Source: the human T2T-CHM13v2.0 reference genome, Homo sapiens | Length of the DNA stretch: 64,000 bases | Strand: one strand, 5' to 3' | NCBI RefSeq assembly: GCF_009914755.1 | Contig: NC_060926.1 | Shown: positions 30,430-53,094 of the stretch, piece after piece | Position numbering within the stretch: the stretch's first letter is position 1 | Layout: every line of letters starts with the position of its first letter | Program-made: the position numbers and the translations under genes | Notes under the pieces: generated by a model | Told to the model about the DNA's origin: nothing | Seen by the model: the letters and a program-made list of their open reading frames with translations, nothing else | Databases searched by the model: none

Positions 30430-32530
30430 TTTTTTACAAATAAAAATTGTATATATATTTATTGTGTACAATGTAATGACTTACTGCATGTGTATATTAT
30501 AAAATGATTAGCACAATTATGTTTATGAGCATTTTTATCACCTTTCCTCACATAGGTACCTTTTTTGTAATGAAAACCTCTAAGATCTGCTGACACCAAA
30601 TTTTAAGCATACAAAAATTTAGTGTTAACTGTATCATGAAGATATACATTACATTTGAAAAACTTACTCATAACAGAAAATTTGTGTCTTTTCAATATCT
30701 TTTCATTTTCTCCCATATCTAGTCCCTGACAACTTCCATTGTAGTCTCTGCTTCTGTGAGTTCAGCTTTCTTAGATTCCCCATATAAGTGAGAATGAGCA
30801 GTATTTCTCTTTCTATGTCTGGCTTATTTCCCTTTGCATAAGGTCTTCCAGTTTTACCCATGTTGTTGAAATGGCAAGATTTTGTTATTTTTCAGGCTAA
30901 ATAATATTCTATTGTTTATTTATACCAGCTTTTCTTTATTCAGCATCCACAAACATTTAGGTTTTTTATATCTTGGCAATTGTGAATAATGCTGCAACAA
31001 ATATGGTAGTACAGATATGTCTTCAAGTTACTTATTTCATTTCCTTTTGTTATATACACAGTATTATATGCACAATACTACTATTGCTAGATTGTGTAGT
31101 AGTTCTGTATTTCAGATAACCTCTATTGGTTTTTGTAATGACTCCATCAATTTATAACTCTCCAAGAATGTACAGAATTTTTTTTCTTCAAAGTGTTGTC
31201 AACACTTGTTATGTTTCTTCTTTTTACATTATCCATTCTAACATGTTTGAAATGATACTCATCATGGTTTTGATTTGCAATTGCCTGATATTTGGTGATA
31301 TTGAGTACTTTATGGCTTATGGCCATATGTATGGCCATTTGTATGTCTTCATTGGACAAATATCAGTTTAGATTTTTGCCTATTTTGAACTGGGTTACTG
31401 TTGTTCTTGCTTTCAATCTGCTTGCATTTCTTATATATTTTGTATATCAATCTTTTATCAGATGTATGGTTTGCAAATATTTTTTCCCATTCTACAAATT
31501 TTTTTATTTTATTGTTCCCTTTTCTGTGCAGAAGGTTTTTAGTTTGATGCAGTCCAGCTTGTTTATATTTGCTTTTGTTGCTGTACTTTTGGTATTATGT
31601 CTAACAAATTATTGTTAAGACCATATCATGAGGGTTTTCCATGTATTCTTTTTCAGGTTTTTTAAGGATTCATATTTAAGTCTGTAATTTAACTTTTAGC
31701 ATGGTGTAAGAAAAATAAGCTAATTTTATTCTTTTGCCTGAAGGTATCCAGTTTTTTCAGAACCAAATATTAAAAAGACTATACTTCGTTCATTGTGTAT
31801 TTTTGGTGCACTTGTCAAAGATTAGTAAACTTTATATGCCTGGGTTTATTTCTGGGCTCTATTCTGTTCCATTGGTTTATTGTGTCCATATTTTGCATGT
31901 ATCATCCTGTTTTTTTACTACAATCTTAAAATATAGTTTGAAATCATAAAGTATGAAGTTTGGTTGCTTTGTCCCTTTTCCTCTAGATTGCTTTGGTTTT
32001 TCAAAGCCTATCGTAGTTTCATGTAAATTTTAGAATTGTAATTTCCATTACTGTGAAAAATGTCACTGGATTTTTAATAGAGAGTTCATTGAAGCTGTAG
32101 ATCACTTTGAATCATATGGTACTTTATAATATTTATTCTTCCAGTTCATAAGCTTGAAATCTTTTTGCATTTGTTTGTGACTTCTTCCATTTCTTTCATC
32201 AATGTATGTTTCAGTGAAAAGATCTTTTGCCTTCTTTGTTAAATTTATTTTTCAGAAATTTATTATTTTAATTCTATTGGAAATGAGATTGTTTTCTTCC
32301 TTTTTTATCAGATGGTTTGTTGTTAGCATATGGAATCATAACTGATAATTATATGTTAATGTTATATATTGCTAATTTTCTGAGGGCATTTGTTATTTTT
32401 TGATGTATTGTTTATGGTTTTCTATATATAAGATCATGTCACCTACAAACAGCAACATTTTAATTTTTTTCCTCAATTTGAATGTCATTTTTAGGGTCAT
32501 TTTCTTGACTAATTCTTCTGCAAAGTACTT
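30430..32530 (-). mobile_element. Old L1MA 3' portion
   Basis: Antisense L1 3'UTR/ORF2 end (ttagattccccatataagtgaga, catggttttgatttgca). Confidence 0.8.
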
Positions 32531-33029
32531 TCACTGCTATGTTAAAATAGAAACATTGACAATGGAACCATGTAGCCTTACCCCGGTGTCTATAAATTTG
32601 AAGAAGCAAACAGCTCTTTAATTTTTTATAAACTGGTTTCAGGAGGTACAGATCTTCTTTTGTTGGGTCCCCAGGGTAATGGGATTCCCTATGAGCTTGT
32701 AGTAGGGAAGAGTTTATAACTGTGTCACAAGGCTGCTGGGTATGCAGTGGATTCAACCTTCAAGTGGCTTTTTACCAGGGGCTTTGGTTGTTGTGATTCC
32801 CATCTAATGTCTGGGCAGGCTGGATTTCCTTCAGGACTTTTATTTATAGTGCAGAAACTAGGACAGATTTCTGCAATTGGGTGTGCATATGGTGGACCTT
32901 ATATCGGGATGTGGTAAGTGTGGCTACCACTGAGTATTTGGAAGTTTTTTTCCACATCACTGTGTGGGTTTGAACTGTGGCAAAGACAGCTGAAACTGAG
33001 TCACTGAACTCCTTCAGCGGCCACAGTAG

Positions 33030-33353
<324 letters not shown>

Positions 33354-33592
33354 TGAAGGTGAGTAGTCATAGAAACAGTGGTATATTCACTAGGTGTTTA
33401 ATGATAAATATATATATTTTCTTTGTGTGAGAGAAACACTTTAGTGATTTGAAGGTGATTTATATTTATATATTTATATATTTTATGATTTATAGAAAGA
33501 CCTATATCACTTTTAGTTGTTTTCAAAAAAAAATGTGAAAACACATAACATAAAATTTACCATCTTAAAGCTTTTTAAGTCTATATTTCAGT

Positions 33593-33880
33593 GCTGAGTG
33601 TGGTGGAGGCTCATGCCTATAATGCCCGTACTTTGGGAAACTGAGGCAGAAGTATTGCTTAAGCTGAGGAACTTGAGACCAGCCTGTGCAGCATATAGAG
33701 AGCCCTTCCCCACAAAAATTTAAAATTATCCAGGTGTTGGGTTGTCCACCTGTGGTCCTAGCTCTTTGTGAGGCCATGGCAGGAGAATCACTTGTGCATG
33801 GGAGGTTGAGGCTGCAGTGAGTATGGATTATATGACTTCATTCCAGCCTGCAGGACAGAGTGAGAACCTACCTCAAAAAA
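33593..33880 (+). mobile_element. AluJ
   Basis: Diverged dimeric Alu. Confidence 0.85.
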
Positions 33881-34256
33881 GGTATACATTTTAGTCATTA
33901 AGAGTATTTACATTGTTATGTAAAGACCTCTAGAACTTTTACGTCTTCTAAAATTAAGACAATACCCATTAAGTAACAACTGCCCATTTTACCCTCTCTT
34001 TAGACCTTGAGCAACACCATTCTCCTTTCTGTTTCTATTTGACTATTTATAATGACTCATATCACGGAATCATATAGTATCTGTCACTTTATTACTATCT
34101 TATTTCAGTTGACATAATATTCTCAACGTTTATGTAAGAATGTGACAGATTTACTATTTTAAGGCTGAATAATATTCCACTGTATGTATATGTCACATTT
34201 TTAATTTGTTTATCAGTCAAGGGATATCTGGGTTACTTCTGCCTTTTGGCTTTTGT

Positions 34257-34690
34257 AAATATTGGTATAATATATTTATATATATAGTATATATATAAAT
34301 ATATGTGTATATATTTATATATAATATATTGGTATAATAAATATATTATACCAATATTTATATATTTAATATATATAATATATATTTATTTATATTATAT
34401 ATATTTATTTAATATATATTATATTAATATATATAAAATATATAAATATTGGTATATTTATTATACCAATATTTGAAATATATATTCAAATATATCTTCC
34501 ACGTTCTTTGTTTGAATATAGATTTATATTTGGAGTATACATTTATATTTATGTTTGAATATAGATTTATAAGTGGAATTCTTGGATTCCATTTATATAT
34601 ATATTAGTATATAAAAATGTATTTTATATTCCAGTCAAATAATATGATTTATAATTGAATCTAGGTTTATAAGTGGAATTATATAATTTA
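34257..34690. repeat. AT-rich low-complexity tract with short palindromes and direct repeats
   Basis: (TA)-rich; tattggtata/tataccaata inverted motifs; ttgaatatagatttata repeated. Confidence 0.85.
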
Positions 34691-35803
34691 AATTTTAAGA
34701 AACATTCATAATATGATGGTTGCATCCTTTTTCCCCACCAACAATTCACATGAGTTTTAATTTCTTTACATCCTCAACAGATTCGGCATTTTAAAAATTT
34801 ATCATGGCCATTCTAATGGGTATGAGGTGGTTTTGTTTTGGATTGTAATTTTGTTTTGTATTTCTCTACAATTGGTACTTTTTTTGCATTATTTTAAGTG
34901 CTTTTTTCTACTTCCATATATATTTTTGATTAAACAGTTCAATTCTTTGTCCATTTCTAAATCAATTTATTCATTGTTACTTTTTCAGTTTTAGTTGTTT
35001 ATAATTCTGAATATTAACTCATCACATGTAATTTGCGAATATTTTCACCCATTTCTTCGGTGGCAGTGTCATTCTACTAAATATTTTCTTCGGTGTGCAG
35101 AAAATTTGAAGTTTAGCACAGTTAAATTTTGGGGGTTTTTATGTTTTTCATAAGTATGATGTCATATCTACAAAAAAGTGCCAAAACCAGTGTTCTGTAT
35201 TTTCCCTATTTTTTTCTTCTAAGAGTTGTATTAGTTATATGTTTTTTAGTTTCATTATTTTATTTAAAATGTGCAAGAAAATAATCCAACTTTATTTTTT
35301 TCAGTGTAGATACTCAGTTTTCAACATCATTTGTTGAAGATATTTTCTTTTCTCTATTGTGTAGTCATGGCAACTTTGTGGAAGATTATTTGATTATATA
35401 AAGAAAGGTTCATTTCTGGGCTATTTTGTTCTATCATCTGTTTATTTGTCTCTGTTAGTACCACATTGCTTTTGTTTATTATAGCTTTTTAATATATTTT
35501 GAAATCAGGAAATATAATGCCTCTTTGTTCTTTCTCATGGGTGTTTGGCTAGTTTTAGCTCATAATCAATTTAAAAAGTTTTAAACAATATTTCTGGTCA
35601 ACAATGTACCATTGGAATTTCTTCACCACCGTGAGTTGTTTTCACATTTAGATTAAATTATCTGGACCTTGAGCAAGAATATATTAAAGAGTGTGTTTTA
35701 TTTCCATATATTTTTGAATTTGCCAGTATATCTCTTGATTTTGATGTCTAGTTTCATTTTATTTTAGTCAGAAAACATAACTGTATAATTTTTGTCATCT
35801 TAA

Positions 35804-36111
<308 letters not shown>

Positions 36112-36238
36112 CTTCTTAAACTTAATAAGACTTGTTATGTGTCCTAACAGAATGCACCAAGTTCAAACAAGAATATTGTGTAATCTGTTCCTTTTTACTG
36201 GAGAGTCCTGTACATATTTTTAATGTGTAGTTGGCCTA

Positions 36239-36650
36239 TGATATGATTTGGATGTTTGTACCCTTCAAATCTCATGTTGAAATGGGATTCCCAATGTAGG
36301 ATGTGGATCCTTGTGTGATGTGTTTGGGTCATGGGAGCAAATCTCTTGTAAATGACTTCGCACCATCCCCTTGGTGATCAATAAGTTCTCACTCTGTTAA
36401 TTCACATGAGAGCTGCATGTTTAAAGAACCTGGCACTTTCCTTTCATGCTTGCTCCCTCTCTCCCCATGCAATATGTCTGGTTTCTCTTTGCCTTCACTA
36501 TGATTGTAAGCTTACTTAGACCCTCACCAGATGCAGATGCTGGCACCACACTTATTGTACATTTTGCATAACTATGAAGAAAATAAATCTTTTTTCTTTA
36601 TAAATTACACAGTCTTAGGTACTTATTGCAATACAAAATGAATTAATACA
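36239..36650 (+). mobile_element. MST (MaLR) solo LTR
   Basis: tgatatgatttggatgtttg...caaatctcatgttgaaat...cagatgctggcacc...aattaataca. Confidence 0.85.
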
Positions 36651-37560
36651 ATTTATAATGTCATCCAGGTTTTGTTCTCTTATTGATGTTTTATCTAAAC
36701 TTTCACTCATTATTAAAGTGGGGTCTTAATGTCTGTAATTATTATGTTGCTATGTATTTTTTGCTTCACTTCTGTCAATATTAGCTTTATATATTTTGGA
36801 ACCCTGATCTTTTAAATAGATATAATAGTTATAGATTCCTGGTAAATGACCAATGTTACCATTACATAGTAACAATCTTTACCTCATGCTAGTTTTTGAT
36901 TTACAGCGTATTTTGTCAAATATAATTTATGACCACCTCACTTAATTGTGGATACTGTTGCATGGAATATGTTTTTTCATTCTGTTTCTTTCAACCTATT
37001 TGACTCAAAGTTAAAGTGAGTCTCTTGAAATCCTGGTCTCAAGCAATCTTCCACTCCTGGCCTCCCAAAGTGCTGGGGCTACAGGCATGAGCCACCACAC
37101 CTGATTAGTCTTCTTAAACTTAATAAGGCTTGTTATGTGTCCTAACAGAGTACACCAAGTTCGAACAAGAATATTGTGTGATTTGTTGCATATTGTGTGA
37201 TTTGGTTTGTTCTTATTCCATTGGGCCATTTAATTTCTTGTTATTAGTTTAATCAATTTACATTTAAAATGATTCCATAGAGAAATGAAGTTATTATTAC
37301 CATTTTGATTGTTATTATTTTCTGTGTTTCTTGTAGAGATGTTTTCCATAATTTCCTATTTTACTGTGTTAATTTTTGCTTTTTTGAGTTTCTAGTGTTA
37401 TGCTTTGTTTCCTTTCTCATTTTGTATTGCATACTTTCTATAAACTTGTAATTATCTAGGTAATTGGAGATTATGTAAAACATTTTAAAGTTATAACAAT
37501 ATTAGTATGTCATAACTTCAGTTGAATACAAAAACTATACCTCTTTACATCCTGTAGTGG

Positions 37561-37871
37561 GTTTTTTGTTTGTTTGTTTTGTTTTGTTTTTGAGATGGAG
37601 TCTCGCTCTGTCACCCAGGCTGGAGAGCAGTGGTGTAATCTTGGCTCACTGCAACCTCCGCCTCCCAGGTTCAAGCAATGCTCTGCCTCAGCCTCTCGAG
37701 TAGCTGAGATTACAGGCACCCACCCCCACGACCGGCTAATTTTTCATATTTTTAGTAGAGATGGGGTTTCACCATCTTAGCCAAGCTGGTCTTGAACTCC
37801 TGACTTCGTGATTCACCCATCTCGTCCTTCCAAAGTGCTGGGATTACAGGCATGAGCCATTGTGCTCAGGC
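37561..37871 (-). mobile_element. Alu (S) with 14-bp target-site duplication
   Basis: ttacatcctgtagt at 37545-37558 and 37872-37885. Confidence 0.94.
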
Positions 37872-38126
37872 TTACATCCTGTAGTTTTTTATTATTACAA
37901 ATATTATTTTATATTGTGTATCTATTAACAGATTTATGCAGATTTTTTTGTTGAAATTCTATAGCAGAATTTTAAGAGATTTTGCTTAATGATTATGGTA
38001 GTAAACAATTGTATATGTGTTTATATATTTACATTTAACAAAGTTTATAGTTTCATGTAGTTTTTTAAGGTTGTTCAGCATCATTACATTTTTCAACATA
38101 TGGACTCTTTTTGGCAATAAAAAAAT

Positions 38127-38242
38127 AAACAGCATCTCATTATGTTACTCAGGATCATCTTGAACTCTTAGCCTCAACTAATCTGCCTGCCTTGGCCTCC
38201 CAAGACTCTGGGATTACAGACATGAGCCACTGGTGCCTGGCC
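38127..38242 (-). mobile_element. FLAM / Alu left monomer
   Basis: Single antisense monomer. Confidence 0.75.
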
Positions 38243-38389
38243 ACCATGTAGCATTTCTTGTGGGACCATGCCTGTGGTGATAAATACCTTCACCTTTTGT
38301 TTATTTTGTAAGTTCTTTATTGTTTCCTTATTTTTAATTCCAGAATAATTCCAAATAATTTCAAAGCAAACAGTATTGATTGGTATTAG

Positions 38390-38878
<489 letters not shown>

Positions 38879-39636
38879 AATTTTATTTCTTTTTTGTTTC
38901 ATATTTTAGAGTATGCCACGTCACATCAGTTAATTGTGTTTTTAGTTTTTATTTTGTATGACAATTGTGAATGACAATATTCAACTCTGTACACTTTAAG
39001 ACAGCGTGGAGCCAAAGTTACATATGAATCAGTCATATCTCTATTCCCAATATAATAATTTCTGTGTTTGTGTATACACATATTATTTCTGTATTGTTTA
39101 TGACTTGTATGTTTGTGAGTGATCAATGGTCGTTTTATCTGAGTAGTCATAAAAATTCTCCTACTTCTATATCTATTTGGGGATCTATTTTTGTGTGGGA
39201 GAAACACTTTTTTGATTTGAAGGTAATTTTAAAAACTGTCAATTTTGTCCCTTTTTTAAGGTATTATTACTGTTTACTTTTAATTATCAAGAACATAAAA
39301 TTTAGAATCTTAATTTAAAAATATGTAGTTTATATTAATTATATTGACATTATTATACAATATATCTGTAGAATGTTTTTGTCTTGCAAAACTAAAACTG
39401 AATACACATTAAACAACTACTCAATTCTCCCATTTTCTGGCCCTTTACAAACAATTCTGTTTTCCTGTTTTTGAGTCTAACTGCTTTAAATATCTCATGT
39501 AAGTGGATTCATACCATATTTTTGTGGCTGACATATGTTATTCTGCATAATTTCATGAAAGTTTGTTATGATTGTTAGAATATTTCCTTTTTTTATTGCC
39601 TTTCAATAACAATGCTGTAAAAATTATGGATGTGCA

Positions 39637-39928
<292 letters not shown>

Positions 39929-40247
39929 TTATGGACGTGCAAATATCTCTTCCTGTGATTATATGTGTGAGAGTTTATATTTATGCTACATTCTCTTTAT
40001 TTGGTCTAGTTCACTTTTTATAACCAAACCAAATTGTTTTAAGTCTATATAATGTGTTTTGAAATCAGGGAGTTGTGATGCCTCCAACGTTGTTCCTCTC
40101 TTTGAAGATTATTGGGTGTTTCATTGTTTCTTAAAATTTCATATAATTTGGGGGTTGCTTTTTCTATTTCTGCTAAAATAAAATTAGATATTTGAAAGGG
40201 ATTGCATTAAATCTGTAGATTACACTCAGCAGTATGGGCATCTTCAC

Positions 40248-40311
40248 AATATTAATTATTTTACCCTTTGATCATGCTGAATATTAATTATTTTACCCTT
40301 TGAGCATGCTG
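40248..40311. repeat. 32-bp tandem duplication
   Basis: aatattaattattttaccctttga(t/g)catgctg, two copies. Confidence 0.9.
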
Positions 40312-40576
40312 AAGAGTGTGTTGTTTAATTTTCATGTATTTGTAAATTTTTTAGTTTTGTTTTTGTTGATTTCTACTCTCATTCCATTTTGGTCATAAAA
40401 AGTAATCTATCAATTTCAATTTTTAAAGATTTAGTAAGTTTTTATTTTTATCATGGCCTAACAGGCAGTTTATCAAAGAGAATGTATGTGAGCTATTGAG
40501 AATGGTTATACCCTGCTATTGTTAAGAGGTATTCTTTGTTAGGCATAATATTGTTTTATACTTCTTTCTTTGTATA

Positions 40577-40860
40577 TTTTTTCTTTTTGAGATGGAGTCT
40601 TGCTCAGTCACCGAGGCTGGATTGCAGTGCCGCAATCTCGACTCACTGCAAACCCCGCCTCCCTGGTTCAAGCAATTCTCCTGCCTTAGCCTCCTGAGTA
40701 GCTGGGATTACAGGCGCCTGCTACCGCACCTGGCTATTTTTAGTAGAGATGGGGTTTTGCCATGTTGGCCAGGCTGGTCTCAAACTCCTTACCTCAGGTA
40801 ATCTGTCTTCCTTGGCCTCCCAAAGTGCTGGAATTACAAGCATGAGCCACTTGTTCCCAT
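40577..40860 (-). mobile_element. Alu (Sx-like)
   Basis: Antisense Alu. Confidence 0.9.
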
Positions 40861-40881
40861 CTGTACTGCTTTCAGTTTCTC

Positions 40882-41184
40882 TTTTCCTTTTTTTTTTTTT
40901 TTTTTTGAGACAGAGTCTTGCTCTCACCCAGGCTGGAGTACAGTGGTGCGATCTCGTCTCACTGTAAGCTCCACCTCCTGGGTTCATGCCATTCTCCTGC
41001 CTCAGCCTCCTGAGTGCCTGGGATTACAGGCACCTGCCACCATGCCCTGCTAATTTTTTGTATTTTTAGTAGAGACTGGGTTTCATCGTGTTAGCCAGGA
41101 TGGTTTCCATCTCCTGACCCCGTGATCGCCTGCCTTGGCCTCCCAAAGTGCTGGGATTACAGGCGTGAGCCACTGTACCTGGCC
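40882..41184 (-). mobile_element. AluY/Sc-like
   Basis: Antisense Alu with long poly-T. Confidence 0.92.
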
Positions 41185-42622
41185 CTCTTTTCCATTATTA
41201 ATATTGTTTTGTTTTATTGTTCATTGCAGAAATTGAAGTATTAAAATATCTTATTATAATTATATTGCTCTTTATTTGTTGCTTTAATTCTGTCAATTTT
41301 TGCTTTGTATTTTTGGAAACCTAATGTGAGAAATACACATACACACACAAACATATAAATATATGTATGCACATATTTGTCATACATTTTCAATAAATGA
41401 TATCTTTATTATTGTTTAATGACCTTTTTTCTCTTGTGAATTTTGACATAGAGTATATTTTATAAAATAAGAGAGTTGTTGACTTACGATGTATTTTGTA
41501 TAATACAATTTTGATCTCTTCTGCTCTCATTTGGTTAATGTTTGCCTAAAATGTCTTCTTCCACTTGCCACTTTCAGGCTGATTTCACTACTAGATCTCA
41601 AGTGACTCTTGAAGAAAGGCAAGTTGGATCTTGGTATATAAAATTTTATATAATCCCTCTATTCAATGTATGTGTATTGATTGGCAAGTCTATTTTTAAA
41701 ATATTTATTTTCTGAAGACAAAGATTATTGTTATTTTATTGTTTAATGATTCTTATAGGTCTCTTTCTCATTCTATCTTCCTTTGTGTCTTTTTTATTTT
41801 TGTATGGATAGGCTGTCACTTCTTTCTTATTTCCTTTTTTGTACCTGTACAGACATTTTCTTTGTGGATGCCTTCAGGATTATATAAAAACCTCTTAAAA
41901 TTTCAACAATGTATTTTGAAGTGGTGAAATTTAAATTCGGGTCCATGCACAAATTATTTCTTATTACATCTGTCCTCAACTTAGTTATTGATGTCACTGA
42001 ACATATCTATTTATGTTATATATTTATTAACAGATGTTCATTATTATTTTTAGCTTTTATCTTTAAATTTTAGAGAATAATTAAATAAAACATTTTTTGG
42101 TATTATAATAATGCTACAGGATATTTTTTCTATAATATTTGCATATCTTTATATCTTTCCTAGAAAGCTACCTATTTTTATATGATAGTTTTGTCTTTTA
42201 GCATCATATAGTTTTAGTAGGAGGACTCTCCTCAGCATTTTTTGTAGGGCTCATGTAGTGTTGCTATAATTTTTCCACATTTGGTTATCTTTAGAGGTCT
42301 TTCCTTTTTCTTCATTTTTGTAGCACAGTTTTGCTGGTTATATTATTCTTACATAGAAGCTATTTTTCACTTGGCACCTCGACTATAGCACACAATTTCC
42401 TTCTGGCCTGCAAGGTTTTTGTTGAAAGAGTCACTGGTTATATCATAGAACCATAATTATGTATTTTCCAGCATTTGAGATTCTCTTCTTGTCTGTGACT
42501 TTGGGAACTTTGCTTTGCATGTTTTGTTATGGATCTGTGTGTTTCCTAGTTTTAGTATGTTGAGCTTCTTCATTTTTACAACCTTATTTTCTTACTTTTG
42601 AGAATTTCTCAGGTATTCTTAA

Positions 42623-42908
42623 TTTTTTGAGACAGTGTCTTGCTCTGTCACCCAGGTTTGAGTACAGTGGCATGATTGTAGCTTAGTGCAGCCTTGGGTT
42701 CCCTAGGCTTATGTGATCCTCCTACGTCAGCCTCCTGTTTACTGGGACCACAGGTGTGTGCCAATACATCTGACTAATTTTAATTTTTATAGAGGAGAAG
42801 TATTGCCATGTTTCCCAGTTTAAACTTGAACTCCCTAGGTTCAAGTGATCTGCCTCCCTCAAACTCCCAAAGTGCTGGGACTACAGACATGAGCCACTAC
42901 ACCTGGCC
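42623..42908 (-). mobile_element. AluJ
   Basis: Diverged antisense Alu. Confidence 0.85.
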
Positions 42909-43698
42909 TCAGTCATTATTTCTATTTCTATTTTCTACTTCCATAATTTCTATTATATTTTTCATCTTTTCCTTGATATTCTATTTTTTTCTGATTTTAT
43001 TTAGTTACCTGTGTTCCCATTTAGGTTAAATTTTTAAAATTAATGTGTACATCTTTATTTTCATGGTTGTTTTCTGACAGTTTTAAGTTTTTTTTTTTTT
43101 ACTTAGGCCATGTCACTCTAATATTTTGTATGTATTGTACTCTTTGGTTGAGATTTGGACATTAACAAACAGCTACCTCTCACAATCTTTATAATGCAGT
43201 GTTGTCCTAACATAATCTGAAGCCAGTTGTCTCAACTAGAGATTCTAGGAGCCTATCAAATATGTTATGATGTGTCTTGTGTGGAATTTTCTGTTGATTA
43301 TTCAGTTAAAGAGGTTTGTCTGTGTTTCTTAACAGTCTGTAATTACTTCCTATACATATTGCATGTCTGTGGTACTGTAGTTTGTTGCTGTAACATTTAC
43401 CTTTGGTCTCAGCAGACTCAAGCTGTTATTTCAAAGTATACCATCATTTCTTTCAGCACATTTTGTCATTGGAGACAGAAACAAGTCTCTGTAAAAGTGC
43501 CCAGAAGCCAGAAGTAAAAATACATGAGCCAGTTTTTCCTTTTCTATATTGAGGAAGATGCCAGGCATTGCAGTTTACTTCTAAAAGTGCCATGCTGCAT
43601 TATGGAGGAATAAAGGTGTTGGGCAAATGTAAAAACTTTTCTATCCATTCAGTATGGCTTGTGGCATTTTGCTCACCTGGTACACTGAACACTCTTAA

Positions 43699-46900
<3,202 letters not shown>

Positions 46901-47759
46901 ACATGTGTAAAAATATTTAGCCAAAATTAAGCCTTTGTAAACTTTAGAAAATTCACAGAAGGAAGAATTAAGGCACTGGCACTTAAGACGTTACACTAAA
47001 TCAGAATGTTCTGTATAGAAAGTAATCCAAAGCTAAAACTGTTGGATAATTTATTTGTATATAAGTTTAAGAGGAGTGGAAGATTATTTTTTGGAGAGTT
47101 ACAATTACATTCAAGGTATACATTTTTCCTTGAAAAAAAATGTAGATTTTTTGAAAAGCAAATAGTGAGGTAATTCAACTGTAAAATTGCTTCATTCTGT
47201 TCCTTTTTTCCTGTTGTTTGTGTAAAAGCATGTCATCAATTTCTGTTGCATCAGAAATCTGAGAGATTCCTTTCTTATTAGGTAGGCATCATTCATTAAC
47301 TTTTCCGTGGAAGAGTAAGGATATTAAAATGTAAGATGAATATTGAAAATCTAATTGGAGAGGCTCTTTATGGCTGACTTTTAACATTGTTCATGTGATA
47401 CATGAATTATGTGTTTAGAGTAATATTCTGCATTATAGTGAGAGGAAAACTTTGAGTTTTGGTAGTAAATTATTTTACCAATTGTACTTTTATGTAATAA
47501 AATGTAGGGAATTTTAAAAATCTTTTATAAGACTGTGATAACTTAGCTTTTAAATTAAATGGAATAGTTTTAAACTTTTTAAGACCTGCATTTAGTAAAG
47601 AGTTATGTCACCAACTTTAACGTGTCCCACCTTATTAAAGATGTAGATAAAAGATGGTAACATAGTAGAATGACCTCTCTAACAATCTCTTTTGCCTGTG
47701 GCATTAAACTGAAAGGTTTAAGAGTATTGTTTCAATGGGTAAAATGTACATTTGTTTAA

Positions 47760-47960
47760 CGTTTTAAATTTTTGTAGGAACATAGTATTGTTTACCTATT
47801 TATGGCATATATAGAATATTTTCATACAGGCATACAACTTGTAATCACATTAGAGTAAATGAGGTATTCATTACATAATGCATTTATTTTTTTGTGTTAC
47901 AGACAATCCAATTAAGCATTTTTAGTTATTTAAAAATGTACAAGTAAATTATTACTTGCT
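47760..47960 (-). mobile_element. L1MA 3' end fragment
   Basis: catacaggcatacaa...taatcacattagagtaaatgaggtat motif. Confidence 0.65.
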
Positions 47961-48520
47961 ACAGAGGTTTTTTATGGTCATAATAATAATTACATAGTAG
48001 TATAATAAGAAATCCCACATTTCTAAGTCCTGAATAAATATTTTTAAAAATTGGTCATATGTATTTTGAACAAGTGGCCTCTCTGCCTGTAAACTCATAC
48101 AGACTGTTAGTTTTTACTGACATGATGCTAAATATACAAATATATTACTCTTAAGATAAACATTAGGTGTAAGAAAATTGTGGGGGATGTAATTGTGTGA
48201 GTGTGAGTGTACCTGTTTTCAGAAAACAAGAAATATTGGAACAAAATATCACTTTAATATAGTGGACAAATCATTTACTAGAAGACTAGAAACCTCAGTG
48301 ATTTTGAATAATATCTGTATTCTCTGCATTTTATTTAATTAATTACTGTGAAGTCTTATGGATTGCGTTTCCGAATCTTTCCATGCAAATTCTTTCTTTC
48401 ATGTGCCTGATACTCATGGTAGACTGATATTTTTTTTCATATTTTTTGTGTTTATAATTTATTAAGTATTCATTATGTGAGTTGCTCAGGTATTCTAAGA
48501 ATTTTTATAAAATTTACTAA

Positions 48521-48907
<387 letters not shown>

Positions 48908-49574
48908 TAGTTAGAACATCCCATTTTGTTATTTTAATTGGAGAAACCTGTGTAAGCTGTTTCCTTTATTATTGTTCCTTTTACTCTTTATAATTGACAT
49001 AGGTGAATTTATTCATTCAGCCAATTTGTTTAAGTAAATACTGGGGAGGCTTCATAAGTCATAAAGATATTTTGATATGTAAGTGTAGCAAACACAATGC
49101 TTGCTGTGTAATGGATGCACCATTATTGGCCACAAATATTTCTGCTGGAGTTAGTTTGTAGCTCCAAGTAAAAATAAAGAAATACGCATGGTGAAGAAAG
49201 AAAATCGATTCTGTATATGGAGAGGACATTGTTCTTATGCTGCAAAATTGACTCTTTCTGAATTTAAAGAGACATTCTGCTTATTTTCTGATTATCTTTA
49301 GTTTTGTTTGTGTGTCTACTTATGTTTATCCCAACTGTGTATGCATCACAGCCCTTCTTTTTATTCTTTGTGTTATGGCTACATCTTTATTGCTGTTTGT
49401 TTTGTGCCATGTCACTTCACACAATACTTTGTAGGTTCTGATGAAAGTGTGTCAATGTAACTTTCAGATCTGTTAATTGAGATAAAAGGCATGCAGTGTT
49501 CACAAGTGAGAGGAATAAATCAGTCAGAATTTCTTGTCTTTGTAAAACCAAACTTTTATTAAATTTTAACACAG

Positions 49575-49900
<326 letters not shown>

Positions 49901-50589
49901 TTAGAAGATATGTCTTAGAAATTAAACTTTTAGAAGAATTAATGGTAAGTGGAGAATGTTAAATTTAATTTTTTATTACATACTTACAGCTTAACTTAAG
50001 TTTTCATTCAGAATCTTTTATTTTGGTGTGAATGTTAAATATTCAAAAATAATATAATGACACCTGTGGATTTCACATGTGAAATAATCTTTTTCATATT
50101 AATGTTAAAATCTTGAGGAATTTCTCACACTTGTATAATGTACTTTTTTATTCGGTGCAGTTTACAGTTTAGGGGTTTCAGTCTTTGTCACCTAACTAGT
50201 CAACTCCTTGGTCATTTTATCTGGAAAAATTTTAAAGATCATGGCATCTTTTGAATTAAAAAATTTCTTCAGTGATCTGGGATGCAAACTTATTTACTCT
50301 CTTCAGAGTGGTTTAATCATGTGAAACACAGCAAGAGCTGCCCTTTTTGTGTCTTCCCTATCATTACCACCAGCACCAGAAACTCCAGTTGTCCCAAGCT
50401 CAAAATAAAAGCCCTAAGGTACATTGGCTTCTCCCATGCTCTGTGCTGGGTCCCGAACATGGTGGTAAATATTAGAGTTCATATGGTCATGACTGACTAG
50501 GTGACAAAACAGCACAGAAACTATGTATCTTTCATACTATTCAGACAGGTTTATGACAAAAACACAGGTCAGAATTTGAAATGTTGTCA

Positions 50590-53085
<2,496 letters not shown>

Positions 53086-53094
53086 GAATGTTAC

